From Dipteris shenzhenensis (lineage: Eukaryota), in the NCBI GenBank assembly GCA_047967505.1, contig CM106538.1: 64,000 bases of DNA. One strand, written 5' to 3'. The stretch's first letter is position 1. Every line of letters begins with the position of its first letter. Below, piece by piece: positions 51,001 to 63,556 of the stretch. The notes beneath the pieces are model-generated. The model searched no databases. It saw only the letters and a list, made by a program, of their open reading frames with translations, and had not been told where the DNA came from. The position numbers and the translations under genes were made by a program.

Positions 51001-52292
51001 GTTTGTAGGATGTCTTCATCTTCAACAAGTAGCTCCACTGAGGATGAATCCCTCTGTATCCACCATCGCAAAATGTGGTTGGAGCAAAAAATCAAATGTT
51101 TGTGTCATCGATGTCGAGGAAACATGTATCGTGCATGTAGGATTACACTCAATCACATCTCAAAGTATGGAGAATGGGATGCGACCGTAAACATGGTAAG
51201 TGTTAAAGAGTTAAGGTTGATTGAGATACCTATGGGTGTTCATATGTTTGAGTTATGATCCCGTTTTCATTTGATACAGGATGTAGTGCCACACTCGCAT
51301 ATGTTGCCCTATGCTCGCCACGAGGAGGCAAAGCGTCAGCGATATGAGGTGAGATCTTTAGGAGGGACTATTAGGATGCATGGAGTGATGGTGATAGTAG
51401 CCCTCCCCCATTACCTCATGAAGCCGTGGAGAAGGAGGTGTTTGATGATATGGTGCGGGATTTATATGTCCATCAAGGGAGGGATGATAGCATGGAGCAG
51501 GATGGTCTTTTTACTGTAGCATCGACTCCACTGTTTGAGGGGTGCACATTCTCTATTCTACATGCCTCCCTTGAGTTACTAAACTTGCAAACCATCTATG
51601 GATGGAGCAATGCAAGTTTGAATGCATTACTCAAGTAAGCTTTAAAGTCTATTGCAAACATGGTGAATTATGCTAGTGGGTCAATTACTCGAATGCTTTT
51701 CCTCATTTATGGTCTTCACATGCAGGCTATTGTGTAAAATTATTCCAAGGGAGAATAAATTACCGACCTCAAGAGATATGGCAAGGCAACATGTGACCTC
51801 TCTTGGAGGATTAGATTACAAGAGCATCCATGCATGTGTCAATGATTGCGTTTTGTTTCGTGGACTACATAAGAATGCAAGAGAGTGCCCTACTTGTGGA
51901 GAGGCAAGATATAGAGCAGATCTCAAAACTTTTGACGTGCCTCATAAGGTTCTATGACATTTTCCCATAATCCCTCGCATCCAACATATGTTCAAGTGCA
52001 AATCCATTGTAGAGCTCATGTCATGGCATTCCTCCCATCGATCAACCGATGGCAAGTGGAGAACTCCCGTAGACTCTCCTGCGTGGAAGCATATTGAAGA
52101 CACATGGCCAAGCTTCAAGGAAGAACCTGGAAGCTTGAGACTTGGATTGGGTGTGGACGGTGTGAACCCATTTGGTCTCAAAAGCACCTCTTACAGTGTA
52201 TGGCCAATGATATTGGTGAATTATAATCTTCCACCCTCTATGGCTATTAAGAAAGGACATGTTATGCTGTCCCTTCTAATTCCAGGGAAACA
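48099..52292. mobile_element. Second, inverted and truncated copy of the CACAA transposon (TnpA-like on -, TnpD 5' part on +)
   Basis: Starts CACAACAAGACAAATCACCC and is colinear in reverse with ~40375-44074. It keeps TnpD exons 1-2 (from ATG 51010), and homology stops at ...ccagggaaaca. Confidence 0.92.
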
Positions 52293-52973
52293 CTAGAATG
52301 TGGGTGAGGCCAATCCACTGAATTCCATGCCGGAAGGTCTTGTTTTATTAACACACCATGTGTGTTAGCACTGTCCAGCAACTGATAAAAATGATCAGTA
52401 AAAAATATACCCGATTGAGCTAGCTCTATTGCACATCGACCTTGGTATTGTTGTTCTCCTATCGATCCATGCAGAACATCTATAAGTCCCAGAATACAAT
52501 CGATGTTTTGCCATGTCTCATATGATGAAGGATATAAATCTGAAATAAAACAACACAAGAATGTCAATAAGCAAAGAGAGAAAGCTTCATCTTAAAAATC
52601 CATACACCTCGTAAAGAAAAAAACCACAATAGAAAAATATACAATTAGGCCTGTGTTGCGGAAGATCTTTTGGATAGTCTCGCAAGACAAGTTCTTTATG
52701 CATGTACACATGCTGAATCAAAACTTCTTTCATGGATATCATCCCTCTGGTGATTTTAAAATCTCGTACTCTTCCCTTCCATGATGCCAAGAAAATGGTT
52801 TTTGTCTGGGGTCTTTTTCTTTTGCTAGGTTGCATGAGCACCCATGCTCCTTTTGAAATAGTAAACCTTTCCCAAGTTCCTTCCGTTTTGACTGTACTTG
52901 AATTCTCTACTGACGAAATAGAAGAAGTAGGTCGACGAGGTAATGTGCAATGGTCATGCAATTCCATTAGCAT
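52291..52973 (-). pseudogene. Two-exon BAH-like domain fragment
   Basis: Removing the GT-AG intron 52540-52642 gives in-frame FTISKGAWVLMQP..WKGRVRDF..EVLIQHVYMHKEL..HRPNYLYPSSYETWQNIDCILGLIDVL..IFFTDHFY, which matches the BAH pattern by eye. Confidence 0.6.
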
Positions 52974-53019
52974 GAGAGTAAATAATGTATGATGAAAGGG
53001 GGAAAATATTTAATTGTAT

Positions 53020-54620
53020 TGACGATGGTTAAGAAAGTTGACTTTGGTTAACTAGAATAAGCTTTATTTTACTTTCACTTTGCATTGGTAAAAGAGAACT
53101 GTTGGAACATCCACAAGGGACAAGGATTAGTCCAAGAACTAGGAATGCATGCATTTCGCTAACCTGTTGGGTTAAAGTATTGGAACTTGTTTATGCAATG
53201 TGTGCAAAAAGGACCCAAGAGTGGGGAGAAAAGCACAAAAAGTAGGACTCATGAGGACTAAAAGCACAGACAAGGGGGTGCCTCTTTAAAATGAGGCCCA
53301 AGAGATTAAAAAGGTGCCAAAAGGACTAGATTTAAAAAGAAATCCTAAAAAGCTTGTCTTTTATGTAAAAGTAGCTTTTAGAAAGCATGCTCTAGCTTTT
53401 TGCTAGGCCTATTCTATAAAAGAAAGGCCCCAGGCCTACAAGATAAATTGTAAAAGTTCTACTCAGCTTCATGCTCTTCTTAGAGCTAGTTGTACAAAGC
53501 ATTTTCTATTGCAATAAAGACCTTCTTGGGGGGGTTTCCAGCCCTTATATCTAGGACCTAGTGTAGTGTTATCTCTCTCCTTCCCTCTTAGTCACTCTCT
53601 CTCTTCATGGCAACTCATGTACTAGCTTCAACATTGAATCATGATTGCTGATTGGAGTTTTCAACAAGTAGTTGAAATCATTTTTGAAGTGCTAAGACTG
53701 AGATTTGCTACAAATTAGGGAGTTTTCAACTAGTAGTAGAAATCATTTTTAAAGTGCTAAGACTGAGATTTTCTACAAATTAAATATTGAGGTTATGCTC
53801 TAGCTCTAGAACGGTTATAGTGGTATCAGAGTATAAGTTCTTTGCTATCTTCCTGGAGAGTGATGATCAAAGGTCACGAGACAAGGAGGCAATCCTAAGA
53901 AGAGATTGTTGTTGTGACTAGTGCTTATCAAAGATGTCATTAAGGAGAAGAAGTGTCAAGAGGCATAGCTTATGAAAGAGAAAGGCTATCGATTTAGAGC
54001 ATCTCCAAGAGCACCTTCTCAGTTGTGGGCGCAGAAGTTTTTGTAACTATCCAAGCAAAGTGATGATCGCTTATTTACTTTTGCCAAGAGGAATTGTAGT
54101 AGTTCCATGATAGCCCATGTGTAGGACATCTTGGTGTTGAGAAGACATACAAGTTTATAAAATAGGATTTCTTTTGGCCAAAGATTAAAAAGAATCTTCA
54201 TGAATATCTTGTGTAATATTTCTCATGCCAATTGAGTAAATCACAACAAGAGAAAAATAGATGAAGCCACTTGGATTTTTATAACCACTGGATGTACCAT
54301 TAGGTTGATGGAAAGGCATTTCTATGGACTTTATAGTTGATCTACCGATTGTAGATATAAGGAGGGTATGATTGTATTCTTTTGGTGGCTGATTGTCTTA
54401 CCAAGATGGATCACTTCATTTCAATGAGGGAGTAAATAAGTGCCTTACAAATAAATTATTTTCTTTTGAGTAATATATTTCGCCTACATGGAGTGATTTG
54501 CATGGATTTATTAGTCATTCTAGACTCTTGGTTTTAATGTGCTTAGGCAAAATCGTGATATGAGTAGAGGGGATCATCCTAAGATGGATGAGAGAGTCAA
54601 GGTTGAGGATCCTTGTAGGT
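53020..54620 (+). mobile_element. Ty3/gypsy 5' LTR + PBS + deleted internal region with integrase relics
   Basis: TATA ctataaaag ~53415, PBS TGGTATCAGAG at 53821, then FFWPKIKK, PLDVP..WKGISMDFIVDLP, LTKM.HF and GDHP..DG. LTR start approximate. Confidence 0.8.
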
Positions 54621-54804
54621 AGTTTCTCTCATAAGATGCCCCATGTTGCTCTTGAGGTATCCACCACAAATGTTTAGGATCACCACATCTGTTATCGTTC
54701 CCAATGATAATAGAAAATGCCTTAGCATTCCTTTCCTCCCCCTCTTTCACCTTATATGGAACCCTGAAAAGCTGCTTTAGTATTCATATATGCAATTACA
54801 TCTG

Positions 54805-54873
54805 GTATTACTAAAAATGGGAGGGTATGGATTAATTCGAATTAATATGGAATTATTACCTCATGCTCATTCT
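54805..54873 (+). pseudogene. ndhD: Plastid-derived ndhD fragment (NUPT)
   Basis: [23 protein letters not shown], the conserved NdhD segment. Confidence 0.85.
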
Positions 54874-54962
54874 GATGTGAGTAGTCCACCCCAGGCGGAG
54901 ATAGTTGAGAATGGTGGGAGTCACAGGAATGCCGGCAGTGCCAATCATGTTGATCATGTCAA

Positions 54963-55268
54963 TTGACCAATAGACACTTTGTACGAAACCATTTGAGCGG
55001 CAGATCGTAATGCTCCTAAAACAACATATCTAGAATTATTATACCAACCCGCTGTAATAATGCCACAAACCCTCGAAGAAGATATAGTAAATAGATAAAG
55101 CATACCTACATGGAAATCTGACAATACCATACCGTAATCGAAAGGTGTAATAGCCCAAGCTACCAAACTTGACATAGACGTGATTACCAGAACCATTATA
55201 AAAAGAAGAAATTAGTTCTTGAAGGTGAAATGGGTTATTTTAGAATTAATTTCAAACCATCCGCTATA
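54963..55268 (-). pseudogene. nad1: Mitochondrial nad1 fragment (NUMT), unedited
   Basis: [49 protein letters not shown]. Confidence 0.92.
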
Positions 55269-55269
55269 G

Positions 55270-56143
55270 CCACTTTCCACATCTTCCTTACTACCATGTG
55301 GCTCTGCAGCATCACCTTCTAGATCGAATAATTATTTCCATCCAGTTTGCTCCCTCTCCAAAGTTTGGGAATAGCATCTGTGAAGTCATGAAGATCTGGA
55401 ATAGATCTAATAACAAAGATGCAACCAAAACTCTTCAATCCCTACTTGACAAAGGCACACGTATCAGAATCTCGGTCACTTTCAATCTCGCAAAGATACC
55501 TATCCTTCAGATGTCGCAAATTCTGCACTTTCTGAATTGAGGTCCCCTTTCTTTCATGAAAGGTCCTCTCAACACCACTTGTAAATCTCCCTCGGGGATC
55601 TGATACCATGTTAGAATAACAGATAGAGGTTGCTTGTTGTTGTAGCTACACTCACGTAGTGGTAGAATATGCCCAAGAATCACACAATGCATTAATCAAA
55701 TCTCACTGTTGTGTACAGGACTATTGTTGAAGCATACACACAGGACCAAAGAGATATATTGCCAAACAAAGATATAAGCGATCTTCCACAATGGACAAAA
55801 CAATATGCCCTCACACAAGTACAACTTCAACAGCACAAAGCTTCTCCACTTGTACCGTGGACTAAGTAATCTTTTGCCTTTAGCCTCTCATCGATTTTGG
55901 TGGTGATAGACCTCCCTGTTGCTCTTCTTCTTGGGTGCTAGGATCCAATTGGGGCTCCAGTTTATAACCAGATCCCCCAGACTAGCTAACTAGTCTATCC
56001 AATTCCTTACCCGCCTGCCCTTTTATTGACCCCTTGGTAGGCTCCGCACCTATAGCTTGTGACAATCAATCTGTTGGTTGCTCACATATCACACCCAAAG
56101 ACTCAGAAACTGTGTTGCAATTCTAGATCATCTACAACTAACA
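55270..56143 (-). mobile_element. LTR retrotransposon (probably Ty1/copia) 5' LTR (55609-56143) + PBS + gag-like start
   Basis: TGTTAG...CTAACA LTR ends and tRNA-Met PBS (gatctgatacca, 55597-55608) adjacent, followed by a gag-like relic. Confidence 0.75.
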
Positions 56144-58394
56144 CACTCATTGTTTTCTATATCAGGCTTTTACTTCCCACTTGTGGATAGCTAAGGCCAA
56201 AAGCATGGATGGGTTGGCTAAATTAGAGGAGCTACCACTGCAAGTCTAGATGAACATGAGGGAGGGGAAAGCTTTTCTGATCCCATGAGGCTGATGAGTT
56301 CCTAGAATTTTTGAGGATTCTGGAGGTAGACGGGGTGCAGAACGTTTGGCAGAAAAACCTCATATGAAGAAGAAAATTACATACAGAGGGTGTTAGCAGG
56401 AACATCGAACTTCATCTGCACAAACTTCATGAGGAAAGATAAGTACAAGGTGCTAGCTAGAACCAATGGCACTATTTCTATAAAGACTACTAAGTAACAG
56501 GTCGATCAAAAATCATCATCTGCCATGAATCGATAGACGAGGCTCTTGATCCGGTTATAGCTCTTGATGAGCTTATAGTTGAAAGAGGAAAAGTGTAATT
56601 ATGGGATCTTATTTATTGAAGACTTACCCGGATTCCACATCAAAGCATGTGCTCCCTGATCTTGATGACCTGCAACAACATGGTCTTTTCTCTGCCTTCG
56701 AGATAAAAAAAAAGCTAAAAGATGACAAAAATATTCATGAGACTTATTCTCGGCGCTAATATTCCCGATGATTCTTGATGCACAGGGAATTCCCTTGGAT
56801 TATAACTCTTTGGGGGAGGAAGCATGCTACCTCCTCACCCACACTATGTGTGGTTATACTAATTAGCATATAAATATTTTTAATTTTTTGTTTATGCAAA
56901 ATTTCTTGTTTTCAATCTAAATTCTTACAACATCCCTCTCTCTTGATGCATGTTCTTGATGTGAGGGAGCAAAAAAATCCAAGCTGGATGCAACATCAAA
57001 GGATGATGACACCTTTATTCATATGGTTGTAGTCCATGTGACAATATTGTATAGACTACAATGAAGATTAGTTATGAGCTCTTGTGAGCATCACCTTATT
57101 CATGTATTTGTTGGGCTTCAACTTAAAAAATATGGACATCACTAAGTCCATGATAAATCACCACCCCTGACATTTGCAGGCAGGATTGGGTCCCCACGGA
57201 CCCTGTGTCACGTCTCATGTCCATATTTTTACTCATTTTTTTTCTTTAAATTTTGATAAAATGTTGGGATTCAAGTTCAATGCTAGCGATCTAAAGGCTG
57301 CCTACCGTACCTGTAGTTGTGTTAGCTTCATTGATAATATTATTGGAGTGCATTATCGTGGATGGGAAAATAGGGGATAAAAGATGTTATAGGTCTTTTT
57401 GATACTCTTTTCTATAGGAGAAAGATTTATATGGATTCATCCCATTTGACAATTGTCCAATATGCTTGCACAAAAGCAAATCCACTTTGCCTAGTAGCTT
57501 GTACAAATCATTGAGACTGAGGATGGTCCTTGGATGGATGTGTTCATCAAAAATCATTTACCCATTCAGTGATTTGGATGGTTTCATTGCTAAGAACTTC
57601 CTAGTAGAGTTCGGGTATACTTCCTTAATTCTTGTGAGTATTTATGATCAAAACATCACCACATGCCAGGCATCGAAACTACTTGTTTGTTGTCAAGCCT
57701 ATAATAATAACACTGTAAATACTAGAAGTTTTGCCAATCTACTACTAGATTAACTTTAGGCTCATAAAGATGCCTCACAATCTATAGGAAGCATTCTTGC
57801 AATTTGTTCTCCTTTCCATATGTAGAGTTTGTGTAGTGCTCCATGTTGAACAAAGTAAGCATTAAACTTTCTTCAGCCCTGGATGTGGTATAATATTTTT
57901 ATGTGGGAGATTTTTTGTGTAATGGTATGCAATCAGGCCACATAGTTAAATGAAAAAAGTTCGTTAAGAATAATTTTACATGCATATACTAGCAAATTTT
58001 AAGGAAAAAAAGAGAAGATTCTCTTACATGAAAAGTGTTAAAATTAAAGAGTTTCTCTAGAGATATCAGATTTTTTCTAAATTGGAGCCTTTTCTTTTCT
58101 ATTGATTTGATAAGTGTGATATATTTTGAATGCCCACTTTAGTCGCCTTTATCGAGCACTCTAAGATGGCACCCCCCTCCATCTCTTTCATACATCATTG
58201 TCCAAGTTAGAGTTTAGATGGTATAAATTTCACAATAACAATACATGGTAGATAATTTTTATAGTTACATCCACAAAGAAACCATTGATCATCCTAAAGC
58301 ATGCATACGAGGTGGGTTAGACCATTCTTATAGGTGTATTCATACTCTAGGGTGCAATCTAACTAGTCCTATTCACACACAAGCACACCTAAAG

Positions 58395-59790
58395 TGTTGA
58401 GAGAAGTGTTAGAGATATGCAAAAGAGGAATGGTGACAAAGGGAGGGATAGGCAAAAGAGGAATGATGACAAAGGGAGGGATAGATAGCCACCACAAATA
58501 AAAAATCATGCACTTCTCTCTTTAATAGGGTGACTTACAAGGTTATATACATAACCCTACTTAGGAACCCTATTTGAGTACTTACACCATGTCTTCCATT
58601 GTAGGACATTCCTTTTCCTACCAATCTTTATGTACACATTTTCCTCTTATGTATATGTGTAATTTATATTCTCAACACCTTTCTTAAATTTCACTTCATA
58701 AGATGAGGGTGGATAGTAAAACAAGAAATTGCTATGAGAATGAAGTTGCAAAATTGGTGGGATCATAAGTTAGAGTGTGAAATGTTGAGCAAAATTATGA
58801 AACATAAGAGCAACTTATCCATTAATCTCTCTCGAAAATGAAACTCGACTCAAGATACAGACATTGCACACAGAAAGAGGTGGGGAATACTTGCATGCAG
58901 ATTTTGATGTTACTGCTTACTCATGTGTGAGACAATATATCAAATCTACTTGTTTTGAGAATGGTATCTTAAGTGATGATACACCTCCATATGCTTGATG
59001 TGGGCATGCAAAATCAAGTTCTTAGACAAATGGATGTTGCTCATGTTATTGGAGTAGATGGTGTGGGACTAACATCTGAGAAAATTTAAGTTTGTAAGAG
59101 TAGTGTGTGAAACGAAAGTGCTTCACTAGTTGTTCTAAATTCTATGCCTATATTGGAGATAATGCAATAGAATACTAGTTTTTAATTTGCCAAGATGGAA
59201 TGTCAAACTAAGTTCTTTCAACCCTAGAAGCCCAAAAGCCACATAAGTTGAGTAAGTTTAGTAAAAGTCTACTTTGCCCCATCTAAACCCCATCAAAAAT
59301 TGCACAAAAGTCAAGAAAGTCCCTTGTGAGTTTTAAGGCTTGAGGAGGCCTCGCAAGGGGTTGAACATGAAGAAATTTAGCAAAACAAATATAGACATTA
59401 ACAAAATTCCTTGGACTAGCACAAAGTTTGAGAGATGGCATATATTACACTCTCCCCCCAAACACCTAGTGGGTGAAAACTCCAAAGTTGAATATTTGGA
59501 ACTTCAAAATGAAAACTAAGGAGCTTCTAGACTACTTTAGAGGGAAAAAATGATATGTATAGCTACAACTATGGAAGCTAAAAGAGAAGCGTACTTTGTC
59601 TTTAAAAAGTCACATTGCTCAAACTGTGCAAGGGGCTGCTACGGTCAAGCTACACGAGAAGGTTGCTATGACTTGAAAACTCACACTCCTTAAACTATAA
59701 AAGGAGGAAAGATTAAAAAAGGACCATCAGGTTTGATAGCATGTTGAGAGAAGTGTTGGAGGCATGAGAGAGAGGAGTGAAGTAATATAA
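58395..59790 (-). mobile_element. Short non-autonomous LTR element (3' LTR 58395-58677, partial 5' LTR from 59742)
   Basis: TGTTGAGA...TCTCAACA LTR with PPT-like cctttcttaa next to it. A second tgttgagagaagtgtt is preceded by a decayed PBS (tttgatagca). The interior is non-coding. Confidence 0.55.
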
Positions 59791-59994
59791 GATATGGTTA
59801 GCTTTCGACAAAAAGTTTGACCAAAATTTGTGAATAAAACAAAAGTTTCCAAGGAAGTTAACGTAAAATAAGCATTAGTCAATATATTAGTTAGACATCG
59901 ATGCTATGTGTGCAAATAAGATTTTGTAAGACTAAATGGGGCTTTGTGAACCCCATTCTACTCCAATACAAGAAAACATAAAAATTAATAGCAT

Positions 59995-61990
59995 ATGCCC
60001 ACATACATGATGATCATCACAGGAAATTGGATGCGGTCATGTAAATGCATCATGGTTGGCTACAGTGAAGAAAGCAAGGCATACAAGTTGTATGATCCCA
60101 TCAACTGCAAGGTCATTATCTCCAAAGATGTAATCTTTGATGAGGAATCAGAATGGAAAACCTCAAATACACAGGAGATGGAACCATCGACTTCATGGTC
60201 ATCTACAGAACAGGTTGATGAAGATGAGTAAGAATTGCCAGCAAAACCCCAAGCAGAGCCATAACAGCTCAGACGGTCTACTAGGGAAAGCAGACCACTA
60301 GCTAGATTGACATATGCTCACAAAGGTAAATAAATTCAAGTTGAAACCACCAGTTATGCTCTTATGACTACCCTCATGGCTATAGAAGAGCCAATGTACT
60401 TCGAAGATGTAGTAGACAAGCTAGAATGGCAAACTGCTATGAATCATAGAAATGGATGCTTTGTATAAGAATAATACTTGGGAATTATGTGACCTTCCAC
60501 TAGGAAAGAAGGCTATAGCAAACAAATGGGTATACAAAGTGAAGTACAATCCAGATGGAAGTATTTAAAGATACAAAGCCAAACTAGTTGCAAAAGGATT
60601 TGCATAGCAATATGGTCAAGATTATGATGAGACTTATGCTCTAGTAAGCAAAGATGGATTCCATACGGTTCTTGATATCACTAGCAACACTCAGTAGATG
60701 GAATGTGTATCAGCTGGATGTCAAGAATGCATTTCTCAATGGTTATCTAGACGAGGAAGTCTACATGCAACAACCAGCAGGTTATGTGGAACCAGGAAAG
60801 GAGAATAAGGTTTGCCATCTCAAGAAGAGTCTCTATGGCTTAAAGCAAGCACCCAGAAGTTGGTACAACAGAATTGACAAGTATTTTGTTGATCTGGGAT
60901 ACATGAAATCCAATGCAGATCATACTCTCTACTACAAAGTTCAAGGGGAAGACATTACTATTGCACTTTTGTACATAGACGAGGAAGTCTACATGCAACA
61001 ACCAACAAGTTATGTTGAACCACGAAAGGAGAATAAGGTTTGCCAACAACCAGCAGGTTATGTTGAACCAGGAAAGAAGAATAAGGTTTGCCATCTCAAG
61101 AAGAGCCTCTATGGCTTAAAGCAAGCACCCAAAAGTTGGTACATGATAATTGACAAGTATTTTGCTGATCTGGGATACATGAAATCCAATGCAGATCATA
61201 CTCTCTACTATAAAATGCAAGGGGAAGACATTACTATTGCACTTTTATACGTAGATGATTTGATTGTGATAGGAAGCAAGGATAGCTTCATCAAAAATCT
61301 AAAACAAGACTTATCTATAGAGTTTGACATGAAAGATCTTGGACTTATGAACTATTGTCTTGGAATTGAGTTCTGGAGAGATTCAGATAGCACATTCATG
61401 AGTCAGCTCAAGTATGTTGATAGTCTCTTGAAGAAGTTTCATATGGCAGATTGCAAGATTGCAGCCACTCCCATGGAAAAAGCCTACAGTCAATGACATC
61501 TACTACAGGTAGCTCATTGGATCTCTTATATATCTGACTATCACACGGCCATATATTTGTTATGTAGTAAGCTCACTAGCACAGTTTATGGCAAATCTAA
61601 AACAATCTCACTGGAATGCAGCCAAAAGAGTCTTGAGATACATCAAAGTTACAAGACAGTTTGGGATAGAATACAGAGGAAGCCATCCCTTTTGCATAGA
61701 TAATGTGACAGTGACTATGCCGGAGATCATGAGACCGGGAGATCGATAAAGGGATATGCATTTTTCCTTGGTCAAGTTGCTATATCATGGTTGTCAAACA
61801 AACAGCCTACTGTTTCTTTGTCTTCGACTGAAGCAGAATATAGAGCACTTACTACAAGTGCATATGAGGCTATATGGCTCAGAAGACTATTGTCAGAAAT
61901 AGATTACTTTGATGAGTCAAAGCCAACAACAATATACTATGATAATCAATTGGCTCAAGCATTTGGCCAAGGATCCAGTATATGAGAAAT
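59995..61990 (+). mobile_element. Ty1/copia pol fragment (integrase tail, RT, RNase H), frameshifted
   Basis: GYSEESKAYKLYDP, YKAKLVAKGF, QLDVKNAFLNG, LKKSLYGLKQAPR, LYVDDL, DSDYAG and [14 protein letters not shown]. Confidence 0.95.
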
Positions 61991-62079
61991 AAGTGAAAAT
62001 GATAGAACACCCTTTTTTCGTACTTTTGCTGAGAAGAATTAGGTCACACCTTTGGTTTTTAAGAAGAGAGTAGTAATGT

Positions 62080-62576
62080 ACACATGAATGAAAGTGATAA
62101 CAAAATAGGAGAGAAAAGGGGTGAATAGAGCTTGGATGGAAGTTTTCTCTGACAGATATTTGTAGGTGTAATAATAACATGAACAAAGAGGAGCAAAAAT
62201 GACTAATCAAGAGTAGAATAGAGATAGTTTGAAACAAGGTGCTAGAAGATGGTGGGAATGCATTTTTTGAGTGCATTGAGGAGGTGAAACGTTTTGGAAG
62301 AGAGAGAACAGTGAGAGAGTTTATTTGGAAGTCAAAGTTGGTTGGACTAGAAGGAAAACATGAGCATAGTTCTAGTTTAGGGCTATTTTGGATGGGAGAA
62401 AAACAACTAGGCCTGACATGTCACGCCGGATCTGCCATATCACACTGGACATGCCATGGGAAATATTTTATTGTGTGAAGCACCAATGATGGGTATTTTG
62501 GGAAAAAAAATGAAAACTTTCCCCTAGAATTGGGGAGCCTTTGTTACAGAGAAGTCCACATGGCATAACCTCCTTG
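62080..62576 (+). repeat. Dispersed non-coding repeat, copy 2
   Basis: Colinear with 1420-1890. Confidence 0.8.
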
Positions 62577-62713
62577 ACGGATTCCATATTCCCTTATTCA
62601 AGCCTATAATATTTTAATAGTTCTCTAAAGGGGCCCTTTTTTAGTCCAAAATTTTTGTAATGCCACATCTTCCCTCCAACCATGCTCTCTCTTTGTGACT
62701 CTCCTCCCTCCAG

Positions 62714-62836
<123 letters not shown>

Positions 62837-63556
62837 GCATTTCAACAATTATGAGGATCTACACCGGGAAAAAACACTTGCCACATGGAATATTCACAAT
62901 CGAAATGCCACATGGAAGTATTTTTAAAGAATATAAATTAACTTTTGTTCAATGTGGTTTTTTTGGGTTATGTGTGCGTGGTGAAAATTTTTAAGAAGGA
63001 AAAATAACTTGGAATCCTCTCAAGTGGTAGGCTAAAAAATATATGGCATGCCTACTTGCATAATTGGTCAACATCGTACTTATTGACCTTAGCAATCCAC
63101 TCCAATAGCTTAAGAAGATGGTTTTGTTTCTCCATATACTTATCTATAATCTTCCATAGATATCCTTAGTTAAGTTTGATCTATTTCAAGATACATGTAT
63201 TCAAGTGATTTCTTGCACCCTTCTCTTGCAATTTTGTATGTGTGTGACATTTGGGTGACACAAGTGTGCAACTTGTGCATACGAAGCTCCCACATGGAGT
63301 TGTTTGATGTTCCAAATGAAACAAAAATGAATTTTCAAGATCTTAGAAGATGTCCATGTCAAAATTTATATTAAAAAGATCCAAAATGTCTAACTAAACA
63401 TCAACAAAATCTATGCTGGTTTTATCAACTGTGGGTGTAGCAATCTCTCCATCTTGTACTGTAATAGAACCTATCCTGGTTTCCTCAAGTACTTCATGCT
63501 CTAACTTGACAAATTACTAGGATCATCTCATAACGAGGAGATTGAGGCTTTGATGA

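Noticed and set aside
56180-56830. Possible gypsy chromodomain plus PPT (tttgggggaggaagca-tg)
   Set aside because: Suggestive but too decayed, and the following sequence does not match the 53020 LTR start.
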